NCBI GenBank assembly: GCA_963827235.1
Contig: CAWHAE010000016.1
Span: forward strand, 608,001 to 672,000
Direction of reading: 5' to 3'
Source: an uncultured bacterium
Lineage (GTDB): Bacteria > Chloroflexota > UBA5177 > JANWHV01
Length of the DNA: 64,000 nucleotides
Every line of letters begins with the position of its first letter. Position 1 is the stretch's first letter. The notes under the pieces are model-generated. The model was not told where the DNA came from, ran no database searches, and was given only the letters and a program-made list of their open reading frames with translations. Positions 38,536 to 50,584 of the stretch are shown piece by piece. The position numbers and the translations under genes were made by a program.

Positions 38536-39783
38536 TCAGGGTAGATAGATCCTGCCGGTGCGCAGCTTCCAGAGCACGTACCGATTCAGCCGGCCCTTCA
38601 GCATGTGAGCAAGGCCGCCGGGAAGCTTCACCGCGAAGCGAAGCAGATGCCGGCGACCAATACCAACCAGCATCAGCCCGACGTCTCCTCCGTCGACGAA
38701 GCGCACGTCGAGCAGACGAGGCAGGGCGCTTGCCCGGGGCTCCCGTCCCAAGACAGCTGCCGCGATGCCTCGCGCCGCGGCTTTGGCCATGGACGTGGCG
38801 AGATAGCCGGTCTTTGGCACCGGCACGCTAGCCGTTCTCGCTACCTCCGGATCCGCGGCCGTGCCGGCGGCGAAGATCTCCGGATAGCGCCGGTGACGAT
38901 AGTACTCGTCCACCGGCACGTAACCCTGCTCGTCCGTCAGGCCGGACGTCTTCCAGATCCCGGCGGTGCCGTGAAAGGCGGGCACGACTACGGTGAGACG
39001 CGATGGAAGGCGAACACCGCCCTCCAGCTCAATATGATCGCTGCCGACTCGAGTCAGCTCGGTATTCTCGTGCACGTCGATGTGCCTGTCGCGGAACGCG
39101 CCTTCCAGAATCTTTCGTGCACGCGGGGTGCCGGCATCCAGATAGCCCAGGTGCGGTTCCGGTGTGACGAACGCGAGCTTAGCCGCCTGGCGATTGCCGC
39201 CTCTGCGCAAGGCATAGTCCAGATGAAGGATGAACTCGTAGGCCGGGCTGAGATAGCTAGCACCCTTTGCCAGCGCCACGACGGCCGGCCCCGGATCGTG
39301 CAAATAGCGGTCGACAGCTTCCGACAGATCCAGTGCGCCGGACTCCGTGTGCAAGAAGTGGGCGGCACCGAACTCTCCGCCCAGCCCCGGGACTGCCTGG
39401 GCGTCGACGTCCGGACCGGTAGCGATGAGCAAGAAGTCGTACGGCACCTCGTCGCCCTGGGCGATAACCACTCGCCGCTCGGCGTTCACACTGTCGACGC
39501 GACCTACTCTAAAGCCTATGCCCCGCTTGGCCAGCGCCGGCCCCACCGAGAAGCCGATCTCATCCGATCGCTTCCGAAACGACACCGACAACAGCCCCAT
39601 GGGCAGCAGGAACTGCCCGCGGTCGGACAGCACGAGCACGTCGGCTCTTCGACCGAGTCGCCGCCGGAGCTCATGCGCTGCCGTGAGACCGACAACCCCT
39701 CCGCCGAGGACGACGACCCGAGCACGAGCCTGTACGCCGGTGGAATCACCGGCGACCGTTGATTCCGTGGTACTGCTCTGCAT
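38536..39783 (-). CDS. Sulfide:quinone oxidoreductase-like FAD oxidoreductase lacking all cysteines
   Basis: GGGVVG, ATG, PAYE, VTPEP, PKTG motifs of the SQR family; no Cys in 415 aa. Confidence 0.82.
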   Translation of the reverse strand: MQSSTTESTVAGDSTGVQARARVVVLGGGVVGLTAAHELRRRLGRRADVLVLSDRGQFLLPMGLLSVSFRKRSDEIGFSVGPALAKRGIGFRVGRVDSVNAERRVVIAQGDEVPYDFLLIATGPDVDAQAVPGLGGEFGAAHFLHTESGALDLSEAVDRYLHDPGPAVVALAKGASYLSPAYEFILHLDYALRRGGNRQAAKLAFVTPEPHLGYLDAGTPRARKILEGAFRDRHIDVHENTELTRVGSDHIELEGGVRLPSRLTVVVPAFHGTAGIWKTSGLTDEQGYVPVDEYYRHRRYPEIFAAGTAADPEVARTASVPVPKTGYLATSMAKAAARGIAAAVLGREPRASALPRLLDVRFVDGGDVGLMLVGIGRRHLLRFAVKLPGGLAHMLKGRLNRYVLWKLRTGRIYLP

Positions 39784-39861
39784 TACCGGTTCCTTGCCCC
39801 AGCCGCGACGGACCGCCGAATTACGTTTCCGTCTCCTGGAGACTCACTTCGCTTGCCGGCT

Positions 39862-40515
39862 TCACTCGTGACCAAGGGCCCGTTGCTCGGCCAGGAAGGC
39901 GGCCGCTTGGGCCCGCCTTTCCATTCCCAGCTTGCTGAGAATCGTGCTCACGTAGTTCTTCACCGTCTTCTCGGACAAGTAGACGATTGTCGCGATTTCG
40001 CGATTCGTCTTGCCTTCGGCAATCAAGCCGAGGATGCGCCGCTCCTGTTCGGACAGCTCCGATAGCTTGTCTTTGTGCCCGCCGCTGGCCATCTCCCGCA
40101 TTCTCGCGAGCACCTTGCCCATAACACTCGGATCCAGCAGCGACTCACCGCGAGCCACGGACTCGATTGCTGTCACGAGCTCTCGGCCACGCGTCTGCTT
40201 GAGCAGGTAGCCAGCCGCCCCGGCAATAATCGCCGCGTAGACCGCCTCGTCGTCGGCATAGCTGGTGAGCATGAGCACCTGGATTTCCGGGTGCTCGGCC
40301 CGGATCTCGCGGCAGGCCTCGATACCGGTACCGTCGGGCAAGCGGACGTCCATCACGATGACGTTGGGCAGTTCCCGGCCGGCGCTCTCCACGGCCTCAG
40401 CCACCGAAGAGGCTTCGGCGACGACCCGGATATTCTCCCTCCGCTCGAGCAGCGATTTCAAGCCCTGACGCACGACCTCATGGTCGTCGACGAGCATCAC
40501 GCGGATATCAGACAC
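39862..40515 (-). CDS. NarL/DosR-like response regulator
   Basis: VDDHEVVR, MDVRLPDGTG, LTS, GYLLK, TNREIA...KTVKNYVS.IL.KL. Confidence 0.94.
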   Translation of the reverse strand: MSDIRVMLVDDHEVVRQGLKSLLERRENIRVVAEASSVAEAVESAGRELPNVIVMDVRLPDGTGIEACREIRAEHPEIQVLMLTSYADDEAVYAAIIAGAAGYLLKQTRGRELVTAIESVARGESLLDPSVMGKVLARMREMASGGHKDKLSELSEQERRILGLIAEGKTNREIATIVYLSEKTVKNYVSTILSKLGMERRAQAAAFLAEQRALGHE

Positions 40516-41923
40516 TGCTGTCCCCCTGTCCTCCAGTGGCCACCGGGATTCGCACGCGAACCGTAGCACCGCCACCCAGCTCGGACTGAATTGTCACGCG
40601 CCCACCGAGTGCCAGCGCACGATTGCGCATGTCTCTCAAACCCTGGTGCTCAGGGGTGTGCATCGCCCGCGTGTCGAAGCCCGAGCCATTGTCGATGATT
40701 TCCAGTTCAACGAATCCAACTGCTGCTTGTAGTGTAATCCACACGCGACCAGCGCGCGCGTGGCGAACCACGTTGCTGACCGCCTCGCGCGCAATGTGGA
40801 CCAGATCCTCAGTAAGAGGCTGGGGAACCTCTACCGCGTCGAGACCCTGCACACTCAGCTCAGTGTCCAGCAGAGTGTGCGCGCGGGCTTGCTCGAGAAG
40901 TGCGGCCAGGGCCTCGGGAAGCGTCGCGGAGGCTTCCTGCGGCTTCAGGGCAAGCACGTGGTTGCGTAGCTGCTTGATCACCCCCTCAAGCCGCTCCATG
41001 GCCCCCTCGATACGGCCGCGCGCCGCATCCGGACTAGCCTCCAGGTCGTCGCAGGCGCACTCGAGCTCCAGATTCACGCCGTAGATCGCCTGCAGGGCGC
41101 TATCGGGCAAGTCCGTGCGCACTCGCTCGCGCTCGGCCGCCACACCCAGCGTGCGGATGCGCTGCGCCATGCGTGCGTGAACGATGACCACAGCCGCATA
41201 GCTCGCCAGGACGCCGAGAAGGTCCTCGTCCTCCTGCGCGAATTCGGGTCCCTCTATCTTGTCGGAAAGATAGAGAGTGCCCAGGCAGTTGCCCGCATGG
41301 GTGACAGGCACACCCACCAGTGTTTGCATAGCCGGGTGCCCTGGTGGAAAGCCGGCACGCCTCGCATCGGCGGTGAGGTCATCCAGGCGAATCGCGGTAC
41401 TCTGCCGCAACATCGCGCCGAGCAGTCCGCGACCGCTGGGAGGCGCGCCGATCCTGAGCCGATCCTCGCGGGGAATGCCCGACGTATAGAAGGCGTCAAT
41501 CTCGCCCGGAGAGCCGGTGACAGCCAGCGCCCCGTAGCGGGCTCCGATCACGTCTCTTGCCAGATCTACGATGCGCTGCAACGTTGCATCCATGTCCTGG
41601 ACTGCAGCAATGGCCAGCGAGGCCTGGTGCAGCGCTTCCATTTGGGTGCGCAGACGGCGTTCGGTCGCATAGCGCTGCTCGAGGTCCGCGTACTGGCGAT
41701 CCAGGTCGAGATCCTGCCTGTCGATGACGCGGAACATAAGCAGGGAAAAGCCCATGACCCCGGCGGTTCCTCCTGCGACGACGACAGAGCCCGACACATA
41801 CCACGGCCAGCTCGACAGCGCCCAGATGCTGAAGGCATAAAAAGGACCGAGCAGACACAGCGGTACCACGACGCTGAGCAGTCGCAGCACTCGACGCCGT
41901 CCGAGCCGTTCGTTCCTTTGCAT
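40508..41923 (-). CDS. Membrane GAF sensor kinase-like protein with H-box His replaced by Pro
   Basis: 2 TM, GAF (ARYGAL, G.GLLG, GFPPGHP), ERERVRTDLPD, EAVSNVVRHA, DNGSGFD; GGAGG RBS (ORF extends to 41965). Confidence 0.88.
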   Translation of the reverse strand: MQRNERLGRRRVLRLLSVVVPLCLLGPFYAFSIWALSSWPWYVSGSVVVAGGTAGVMGFSLLMFRVIDRQDLDLDRQYADLEQRYATERRLRTQMEALHQASLAIAAVQDMDATLQRIVDLARDVIGARYGALAVTGSPGEIDAFYTSGIPREDRLRIGAPPSGRGLLGAMLRQSTAIRLDDLTADARRAGFPPGHPAMQTLVGVPVTHAGNCLGTLYLSDKIEGPEFAQEDEDLLGVLASYAAVVIVHARMAQRIRTLGVAAERERVRTDLPDSALQAIYGVNLELECACDDLEASPDAARGRIEGAMERLEGVIKQLRNHVLALKPQEASATLPEALAALLEQARAHTLLDTELSVQGLDAVEVPQPLTEDLVHIAREAVSNVVRHARAGRVWITLQAAVGFVELEIIDNGSGFDTRAMHTPEHQGLRDMRNRALALGGRVTIQSELGGGATVRVRIPVATGGQGDSSV

Positions 41924-42171
41924 GGCAATGCCACACCTCCGCTCAATTCCCGATGATCTCCTCATCTCACGCTAGCAAGCGCCGAGTTAAAGGCCGAAGG
42001 GCCATGGGTCACAAGATGAGCGGCAATTAGGCCCTGAAAGCTCTGCGCCGGGCAGGTAACACATCCTGCAGACGGATCAGAAGAACCGACCACGACCGGC
42101 CCACGTCGAGACAGCCCGTCGCAATGCCGCCGTTCCGTGCCGCCGCGTGCGCGCCGGCCTCTGGAACGCTG

Positions 42172-43914
42172 CTACGCCTCGAAAGGCACGAAAGCAGTCA
42201 CGGTAGTACCCGCACCGGGCCTGCTCTGCAGGGAGAGCGTGCCACCCACCTCATCCGTGCGCACACGCATGTTGCGGATGCCGCGATGCTCGTCTCCACG
42301 CGGCGCTCGCGTGTCGAAACCCAGGCCGTCATCCTGCACGACCAGCGTGGCACCGGCTCCGTCGTAGGTGAGGCGAACCTCCACGCTCGACGCCGCGGCG
42401 TACTTGACCACGTTGGACAGCGCCTCGCGCGCAATCAACATAAGCATGTTGGCCTGATCGTCGGGGAACTCGTAGGGTTGACCCTCGAGGTAGAAGCGCG
42501 CTCGCAGCCCACATTGCCCGTCGATATCGCGGGTAAGGGCCGCGATACCGTCTGCCAGCAGACGGCCGTCGAGAGTGCGAGCGCGCAGACCCTGGATGTA
42601 TGTCCGAATGTCCGTGATAGTGCCCGACAGCCGGTCCGTCACTCCGGCCAGCCTGTCGCGCACGGGCTGATCGGCAACGTCCTCGGCAACGTCCTCAAGC
42701 TGCAGCGTTGCCGCGTAGATGTCCTGAATGATGCCGTCGTGCAGGTCGCGAGCGATCCGCTCGCGCTCGTGCAGCAGTGTCAGCTCGCCCAGCTGCGTGT
42801 AGAGCCGCGCATTCTCGATGGCGATGCCGGCGTGTGCTGCCAAGAGCTCGATCTGCCTCTGGTCCTCCTCCGAGAACTCCGGTCCGCCCACCTTGTCGGT
42901 CAGGTACAGGTCCCCGACTACCTGACCGTGAACCCGGATCGGCACGCCCAGCAGGCTCGTCATCACCGGGTGGTGCGGAGGAAAGCCCACGCGTCTCGGA
43001 TCCTTTCCAATGTTGGCGACGCGAAGCGATCGGCCAAGTCGAATGAGCACGCCGAGCAGGCCGTGACCGCGCGGCGTGCTGCCTATCCGTTCCCGTTCTT
43101 CTTCGGTGATGCCGGTTGTGATGAACTCGGTCAGATAGCCGTCCGGACCCACCACGCCAAGCGCCCCAAACTGGGCGCCGGCAATGCTCGCCGCGGCCGC
43201 CACGATCCGCTGCAACACCTGATCCAGGGAGAGCTCCGATGCCAGTGCCCTACTGGCATCGTCCAGCGCGATCATTCGCTCGCGCATGGCCTGGTCCTGC
43301 TGATGCACCAGGGCATTAGCGATGGCCTGGCCGGCCAGCTTCGCCAGCGCGCGTACCGATTCGGTCTCGGCCGAGGGTGGTCGCTCGGCATACAGCAGAA
43401 TGAGCGCTGCGACTAACATGTCGTCGCCAAAGAGCGCCACGGCACGAAGCGTGCCCGGGCGCCTCATTCCCGACAGCAACGGCGGCTCGAGATCGGGCTG
43501 CGAGGCCACGGGAATCTCCAGGAGATCGGCCGACTCGGCAGCCCGCTTTGCCACCACCTGGATGCTCTCATAGCCCTGGCGCTGCAGCCATCGCTCATCC
43601 AGGTCCCCGCTAGCGCCAGCACCCGCCGGCAAGAAATCACCGGCACCGCGCTCGTAGAGCAACACGAGAGAGGCGTCGGCGCCACCAACGGTCATCGCGT
43701 GGGAGGCAAGGCGGCCTACGAGAGTCGTCACGTCACGCGTCGCACAGAGATCCTCTGCGATGCGCCACGCGTGGAAAGTCATGCCGAACTGGCTATCGAT
43801 ATCTCGTGTCCGCACGTGACTATTCGGCCCGCCTGCCCAACGATGGTTGGCACATTCAGGTGTCTCGAGCCCTGCCGATGGGCAAGCACATTGCGAGAAC
43901 CTCGAATTCAGCAT
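42172..43914 (-). CDS. DosS/DosT-like GAF-GAF HisKA_3 histidine kinase
   Basis: GFPPHHP, ERERIARDLHD, EALSNVVKY, DDGLGFD; true start probably downstream of 43914. Confidence 0.92.
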   Translation of the reverse strand: MLNSRFSQCACPSAGLETPECANHRWAGGPNSHVRTRDIDSQFGMTFHAWRIAEDLCATRDVTTLVGRLASHAMTVGGADASLVLLYERGAGDFLPAGAGASGDLDERWLQRQGYESIQVVAKRAAESADLLEIPVASQPDLEPPLLSGMRRPGTLRAVALFGDDMLVAALILLYAERPPSAETESVRALAKLAGQAIANALVHQQDQAMRERMIALDDASRALASELSLDQVLQRIVAAAASIAGAQFGALGVVGPDGYLTEFITTGITEEERERIGSTPRGHGLLGVLIRLGRSLRVANIGKDPRRVGFPPHHPVMTSLLGVPIRVHGQVVGDLYLTDKVGGPEFSEEDQRQIELLAAHAGIAIENARLYTQLGELTLLHERERIARDLHDGIIQDIYAATLQLEDVAEDVADQPVRDRLAGVTDRLSGTITDIRTYIQGLRARTLDGRLLADGIAALTRDIDGQCGLRARFYLEGQPYEFPDDQANMLMLIAREALSNVVKYAAASSVEVRLTYDGAGATLVVQDDGLGFDTRAPRGDEHRGIRNMRVRTDEVGGTLSLQSRPGAGTTVTAFVPFEA

Positions 43915-44463
43915 ACAGGGCCTTCACCTGCCGATCAAAGCTCGCAGCTGCGGAAGTCTGCCTCCGCAGTCGATCCAGAGGGCAGGCGCCGCGATTGGCC
44001 CGGTACACACCGTCGAGCTCTCGGCACGCCAGCCGCCCGGCTCGTTCGTTTCACGCTCGGCGAATAGCGGCTAAGGCCGTTTGTCCGCTACGAGTATGAC
44101 ATTCGTACATAGAATCCTGCGCAACTATCCTGCGTATCGCGGCCTGTTCGCAACTGGGAGTGGCACGACGGCAGGAGTAGGCTTAGCGTGGGTGGCGGCG
44201 ATGAGTGAGCGTCGTCCGCCGGCAAAGCCTTACCCTGTATCCCAGGCGCAGACCCAAGCGACAACTTTGCGAAGGGAGAGAAGCAGCGCGAGACCACCAA
44301 CCCGATCGAGCAGGAGTACTGCTCAGTCTGCCGGAACCGGGCAGCAGCGCCGTGATGCGCTCCAGGTAGCCGGCGAGCTTCATCCGCAGGGTGGAAGACC
44401 ACGCAGCACCTGCAGATATGCATCGCCGCAAGCCGGTGCCCGGGCACAGGACGCAGGGTTTCT

Positions 44464-44510
44464 GTCCCCGGCAGCGCGACTGCAGCTTGGGCAGTCGCGC
44501 TGCCGGGGAC
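44464..44510. repeat. Perfect 20-bp inverted repeat with 7-nt loop
   Basis: GTCCCCGGCAGCGCGACTGC-agcttgg-GCAGTCGCGCTGCCGGGGAC. Confidence 0.9.
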
Positions 44511-44559
44511 TGTCGTCTCGTCGCGAGATATGTCGGAGCGTTCGTGTTAGCATGGAGGC

Positions 44560-45663
44560 ATGCACCTAAAGCATCTGCCCACCTTTCCTCCTCTTCGTCT
44601 CGACTATCTGGAACGACTCACTGACGACACCGGCATCGTACAGCACGCTGTACACGCGGTACCCGACCGGCGCCATGGCTACTCTATCGACGACCAGGCG
44701 CGAGCGCTGATCGCCGTGCTCGCGTACGCAAGGCTCAGCGGTGCGACCGGCGCTCCGCCCACCGCGTACGTCTACGCGGCCTACCTGCGGCACGCGGCCA
44801 TCGCCTCGGGATGGTTCCACAACTTCCTGTCCTACGCGCGGGTCTGGGTCGACGAAAGAGGATCGGAGGACTGCTACGGCCGAGCGATGTGGGCACTGGG
44901 CTACACGCAACATTCCGGCTTAGCCGATGGACTGGTCGGCGCTGCCGCCGAGCTGTTCACGCTGCAGAGTAGCCCGCTCGAGTCGCTGCAGTTTCCCAGG
45001 TCGCAAGCGTTCGCCCTCTTTGGCCTGTATTACCGCCTGCGATCGGCGCCCGACGACCACTTGCTCTCATCCGCATTGCTGCTTGCCGACCGGCTTGCGG
45101 AGCAGTTCGAGACCCACGCGACCGAGGACTGGCTCTGGTTCGAGGACAGGCTTACCTACTGCAACGCCACGCTGCCGGCGGCGCTCCTGCTTGCCTACGA
45201 GCTGAGCAAGGATAGGCGCTATCTCTCAATCGGCGTCGAAGCGCTGCGCTGGCTAAGAGGCGTGCTGTTCGACGACAGCGGCGAGCTGCGACTGGTCGGA
45301 CAGGACGGCTGGTACCGCCGAGGCGGCGCCAAGGCCGCGTTCGACGAACAGTGCGTCGATGCTCAGGGAATGGTCGAGGCCGCCCTGATCGCGGAGCGAG
45401 TCACCGGCGACGAGCGCTGGCGCACGGACGCCCTGGCAGCGTTCTCCTGGTTTCTCGGCGCGAACGTACACCGCACCACAATGATCGACCCGGCGACCTG
45501 GGGATGCTACGACGGGCTGACACGTTCAGGTCTCAACCAAAACATGGGCGCGGAGTCGATCGTGTGCTATGCGCTTGCCTACCTCTCTTTGGTGGAAGCC
45601 GGAGTGCTGGCACTCGACGGTTCCGTGCGGCCACGACGGCTGTCCGACACCTCGCGGGCATGA
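44560..45663 (+). CDS. Stand-alone six-hairpin glycosidase-like domain (normally fused C-terminally to GT4 glycosyltransferases)
   Basis: LTDDTGIVQH, GY..DD.ARAL, SEDC.GRA.W.LG, W.WFE..LTY.NA, FDEQ, N.N.GAES. Confidence 0.8.
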   Translation: MHLKHLPTFPPLRLDYLERLTDDTGIVQHAVHAVPDRRHGYSIDDQARALIAVLAYARLSGATGAPPTAYVYAAYLRHAAIASGWFHNFLSYARVWVDERGSEDCYGRAMWALGYTQHSGLADGLVGAAAELFTLQSSPLESLQFPRSQAFALFGLYYRLRSAPDDHLLSSALLLADRLAEQFETHATEDWLWFEDRLTYCNATLPAALLLAYELSKDRRYLSIGVEALRWLRGVLFDDSGELRLVGQDGWYRRGGAKAAFDEQCVDAQGMVEAALIAERVTGDERWRTDALAAFSWFLGANVHRTTMIDPATWGCYDGLTRSGLNQNMGAESIVCYALAYLSLVEAGVLALDGSVRPRRLSDTSRA

Positions 45664-45829
45664 CAGGCGAGCGCCAGGGATGCGGCCAGCCGAACCGGCG
45701 GCCGGCCGGCCGCACCGATAGGTCTTGCCCCACTGCCGGCAGCAGCCGATCGGTGGTGCCTCGGCCCGCGCCGTCGAGCCTTGCCCCCGGCAGATCTGTC
45801 GACGACCCGGCGCAGAGGGCGCCATGTGC

Positions 45830-46993
45830 TCAGCTCTTCGGCGATCCGCATTGCCCGGGACAGCTGCTTTGCCCCGAGCTCGCCGCCAGGGAGATGCGCG
45901 CCGCTCCGATACACGCGTCGGCCATGCCGTAGTACACGTCGAGGTAGTCCTCGTGCTGGTCCACGGCGGTGGGGAATACGACGTCGGCCACAACTCCGGC
46001 TCGCTCCTCAGGCAGAGCCGGGACGAGAGTCGGCTCCGCCGATCGGTAGACGATCCGCCTCGGATCGGCGGCGTCAAGCACCACGGCACCGGCCACGTAT
46101 CGCAGCCCGGGCAGCATGCCGGGTCGCGCACCAGGCCCGATCCCGTGATAAATCGTGAACCACCCTTCCGGGAGTCTGATCGGCGGCGTGCCGCCGCCAA
46201 TGCGTATCGACTCCCAAGGCTGGTACGGAAGCAGCAGCTCGTGGTGATGGGAGAAAGTCGGCGAAGCTACGGCGCCTTTCGCACCTGGCGATACCCAGTC
46301 TGCTTCGTCGAGTGGGCAGTACGACAGCCACACTGTCCAGAAATCACGTCCGACAAACGGAGGAAGCGGCGCCGGCTGGGGATGTTCGAGCGCATCGCCG
46401 ATCCACACCTCATACATCGGCCGGTGCATGAGCACCAGAGAGAGGCGACCATCCGGGCCGATCAGGGGCTCGGGAAAGAGCATGGCATCCTTGTTGCCGT
46501 ATTGGTTCATGTCGGCATCGTGGTGCGGAGCGAGCTTGATGAGCCCGACCCTCTTCCACTCGTAGAGATCGTGGGAGATCGCGAGCGCTGCTCGTGGCCC
46601 TGACGAGCTATAGGCCACGTAGGCCATGACGTAGACGCCGAGAGCCTCTACGTAGGTCACACGTGCATCCTCGCAGCCGCCGCCGGAGCGCAGGTTCTTT
46701 TCATACGGCTCGAGCGGCGCGAGCGCGATGCCCAGGCGTTCAACCCCGGCAGGCATGCCCCGGTCGTCGTAGCGGACCCGTGCGATACCGATGCGCGAAT
46801 AGTTGCCCGGCGCCACCAGGCGAGGAAACAGCAAGTAGTCCCCATTCTTCGCCCGGGCGCCTCCTGGGTTGAGCACGCCGCCGTCCTCGAGATCGTTTCC
46901 CGCCTCAGCCCGCATCACGATTGCCAGACGTTGGAGCGCGTATGCCTGGCCGGTCGCCGCGCGCATGGAAATCCCCTCGGTCAACTCGTGCAT
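45830..46993 (-). CDS. GH130 family glycosidase/phosphorylase
   Basis: GVLNP, GCEDAR, NKDA.LFPE, RIGGG.PP, YHG, VVFPT, YYGMAD. Confidence 0.9.
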   Translation of the reverse strand: MHELTEGISMRAATGQAYALQRLAIVMRAEAGNDLEDGGVLNPGGARAKNGDYLLFPRLVAPGNYSRIGIARVRYDDRGMPAGVERLGIALAPLEPYEKNLRSGGGCEDARVTYVEALGVYVMAYVAYSSSGPRAALAISHDLYEWKRVGLIKLAPHHDADMNQYGNKDAMLFPEPLIGPDGRLSLVLMHRPMYEVWIGDALEHPQPAPLPPFVGRDFWTVWLSYCPLDEADWVSPGAKGAVASPTFSHHHELLLPYQPWESIRIGGGTPPIRLPEGWFTIYHGIGPGARPGMLPGLRYVAGAVVLDAADPRRIVYRSAEPTLVPALPEERAGVVADVVFPTAVDQHEDYLDVYYGMADACIGAARISLAASSGQSSCPGQCGSPKS

Positions 46994-47247
46994 GACTAGG
47001 ACTGTTTCTGTTGATTGACAACCGGCCGTCTTCGCCGCTCATCCCATGTTAAGCGCAAATTGTTCATAGAAAAACCCCCATAAACGCCCAGATCTCGCGG
47101 TCTGGCACGGAAGTGCAGGTGAAGAACCGCCTTGGGAACACTACTGCGCGTGCTGGCTCGCACGTGGCTGCTGAGAGCCGTCACCGGCTCCCAGCAGCTT
47201 CGCGGGTCACCGCCAATCTGCTTCCCGTTAGCGGGCGTAGCCCATTC

Positions 47248-48891
<1,644 letters not shown>

Positions 48892-49038
48892 AGCGTCGTC
48901 TCCCTCTCTTCAACCGTACCGGTGGAAATGGGTGGACCCCAGCACGATCAAGCATAGCGCCATCCCAGCAGAGAATGTCACGGAGCTGGCTTCGCGGTCC
49001 TCCTAGACCACGACTCGAGCGCACGCCGGCAACGCGAG

Positions 49039-49707
49039 CTAGCGATCGCTCAGCGAAGCGGCTCGGAGCAGTCGCCGCACCTCGTCGTCCTCGACCTGCG
49101 TGAAGTCCTCATACCAATCGCCCACTGCGTCAAAGGGATCGGGCCTGTACGCGCAGATCACTTCGTCTGCACACTTCTCGAGCAGTTCGCAGGCGGCCAG
49201 GGATCCCACCGGCGCGGCAAGCACCAGCCACGCCGGATCGTGAGCTCGGAGGGAGAGGGCCGCTGCCCGCATGGTGGCGCCGGTAGCCAGCCCGTCGTCG
49301 ACGACTATGGTGATCTGGCTCCTGACCAGCAGAGACGGCAAGCCCAGGCGGTACGACTCCTCGCGTCGCGCAAGCTCGGCGCGAGCACTGCCGACCGCCG
49401 CCGAGATCGTCGCTTCGGGCAAGCTAAGCTGCTCGAGCAGCCCCTCATTCCACACGATGGCGCCACCTGAGGCGATTGCTCCCAGCGCAAGCTCGGGGTT
49501 CCAGGGCGCGCCGACCTTGCGCACGAGGCAGATATCGAGAGGGATGGCCAGCTCGCGAGCCACTTCCCATGCCACGGGCACGCCACCACGTGGCAGCCCG
49601 AGCACGACCGCCCCGCGGTGGCCGGCATACTGCTTTAGCCGCGCGGCCAGCACAATACCCGCTGCATTGCGATTCGCGAACGGCAAGGCGCTGCCGACAC
49701 GCGTCAT
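49039..49707 (-). CDS. Phosphoribosyltransferase family protein (Rv0571c-like)
   Basis: LGLPRGGVP, NPELALGA, VVDDGLATGAT, AVG.WY.DF.Q. Confidence 0.9.
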   Translation of the reverse strand: MTRVGSALPFANRNAAGIVLAARLKQYAGHRGAVVLGLPRGGVPVAWEVARELAIPLDICLVRKVGAPWNPELALGAIASGGAIVWNEGLLEQLSLPEATISAAVGSARAELARREESYRLGLPSLLVRSQITIVVDDGLATGATMRAAALSLRAHDPAWLVLAAPVGSLAACELLEKCADEVICAYRPDPFDAVGDWYEDFTQVEDDEVRRLLRAASLSDR

Positions 49708-49851
49708 GCCTCAGCCAGGCGTGGCTCGAAACAACCGCGCGCCGATCGGACGCAGGTTGCAGGCTAGAGCCAGCGTCACGCCCGACCTAATCGTACCACG
49801 TCGTGCCCCGTGTTCGTCGAAACCGATAGCCCGCGGGAGCCAACGATCCGG

Positions 49852-50313
49852 TCAGTTGAGGTCTCTGGACCGCTCGACGACCAGATGGGCCCACTCGTCG
49901 GCTTTGAGCTCTTCTCCGATATCAATCCGGCCCTCCCTGCTCGAGACAACGAAGCTCATCGGACCGGCGACCAGAACCGCTCCCATGGCTCGCATCCGAC
50001 GCGCGATACGATGGGCAGCGGATCCGAGAATCAGCCATTGGGCGCGATTGCGCGTATCGAACACCGCAACGTGCTTCCCCAGTAAACCACTCGGCGGCAC
50101 GTTCTCCAGGAATTCCTCGATCGCCGGCGTGAGACCGTGACCGTCGTCCGGCGCACCGACCACCAACAGGTCGGCGCGAGCCATTGCCTCCACGGTCAGA
50201 TCGTCGATCTGCACGGTCGCTGCGTCACCGTGCTCCCTGAGCTTCTCCACTATCTCGTTTGCAAGCTGCTCCGTATGGCTGAAACGTGAATCGTATAGAA
50301 CCAGAGTGTTCAC
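49852..50313 (-). CDS. Flavodoxin family protein
   Basis: LVLYDS...TE..A, DLLVVGAP, VAVFDTR; GGAGG RBS. Confidence 0.85.
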   Translation of the reverse strand: MNTLVLYDSRFSHTEQLANEIVEKLREHGDAATVQIDDLTVEAMARADLLVVGAPDDGHGLTPAIEEFLENVPPSGLLGKHVAVFDTRNRAQWLILGSAAHRIARRMRAMGAVLVAGPMSFVVSSREGRIDIGEELKADEWAHLVVERSRDLN

Positions 50314-50584
50314 CGTTGAACCTCCACGGCGGTAGCGACATCATTGTCCCGCCTGTGATCTCTTCAGCCGCGTTCTCGCGGTCGCCCTCCCTACTATTCT
50401 CCTCCGGCCTCTAAATGCGAGCAAGAGCCAAATATACTCATAGCCTATCCGGCCGATCCGGCTTTCGGTGCGTCCAGGCGAGGTGAGCGCCTGGACGAGT
50501 GGTCGAGGGCGTGGCATACTCTTCACTACTACAGTGGGATCGCACAATAGTTGTTGCAGTCAAGGATGCAAGGTGAGCGGGCCC

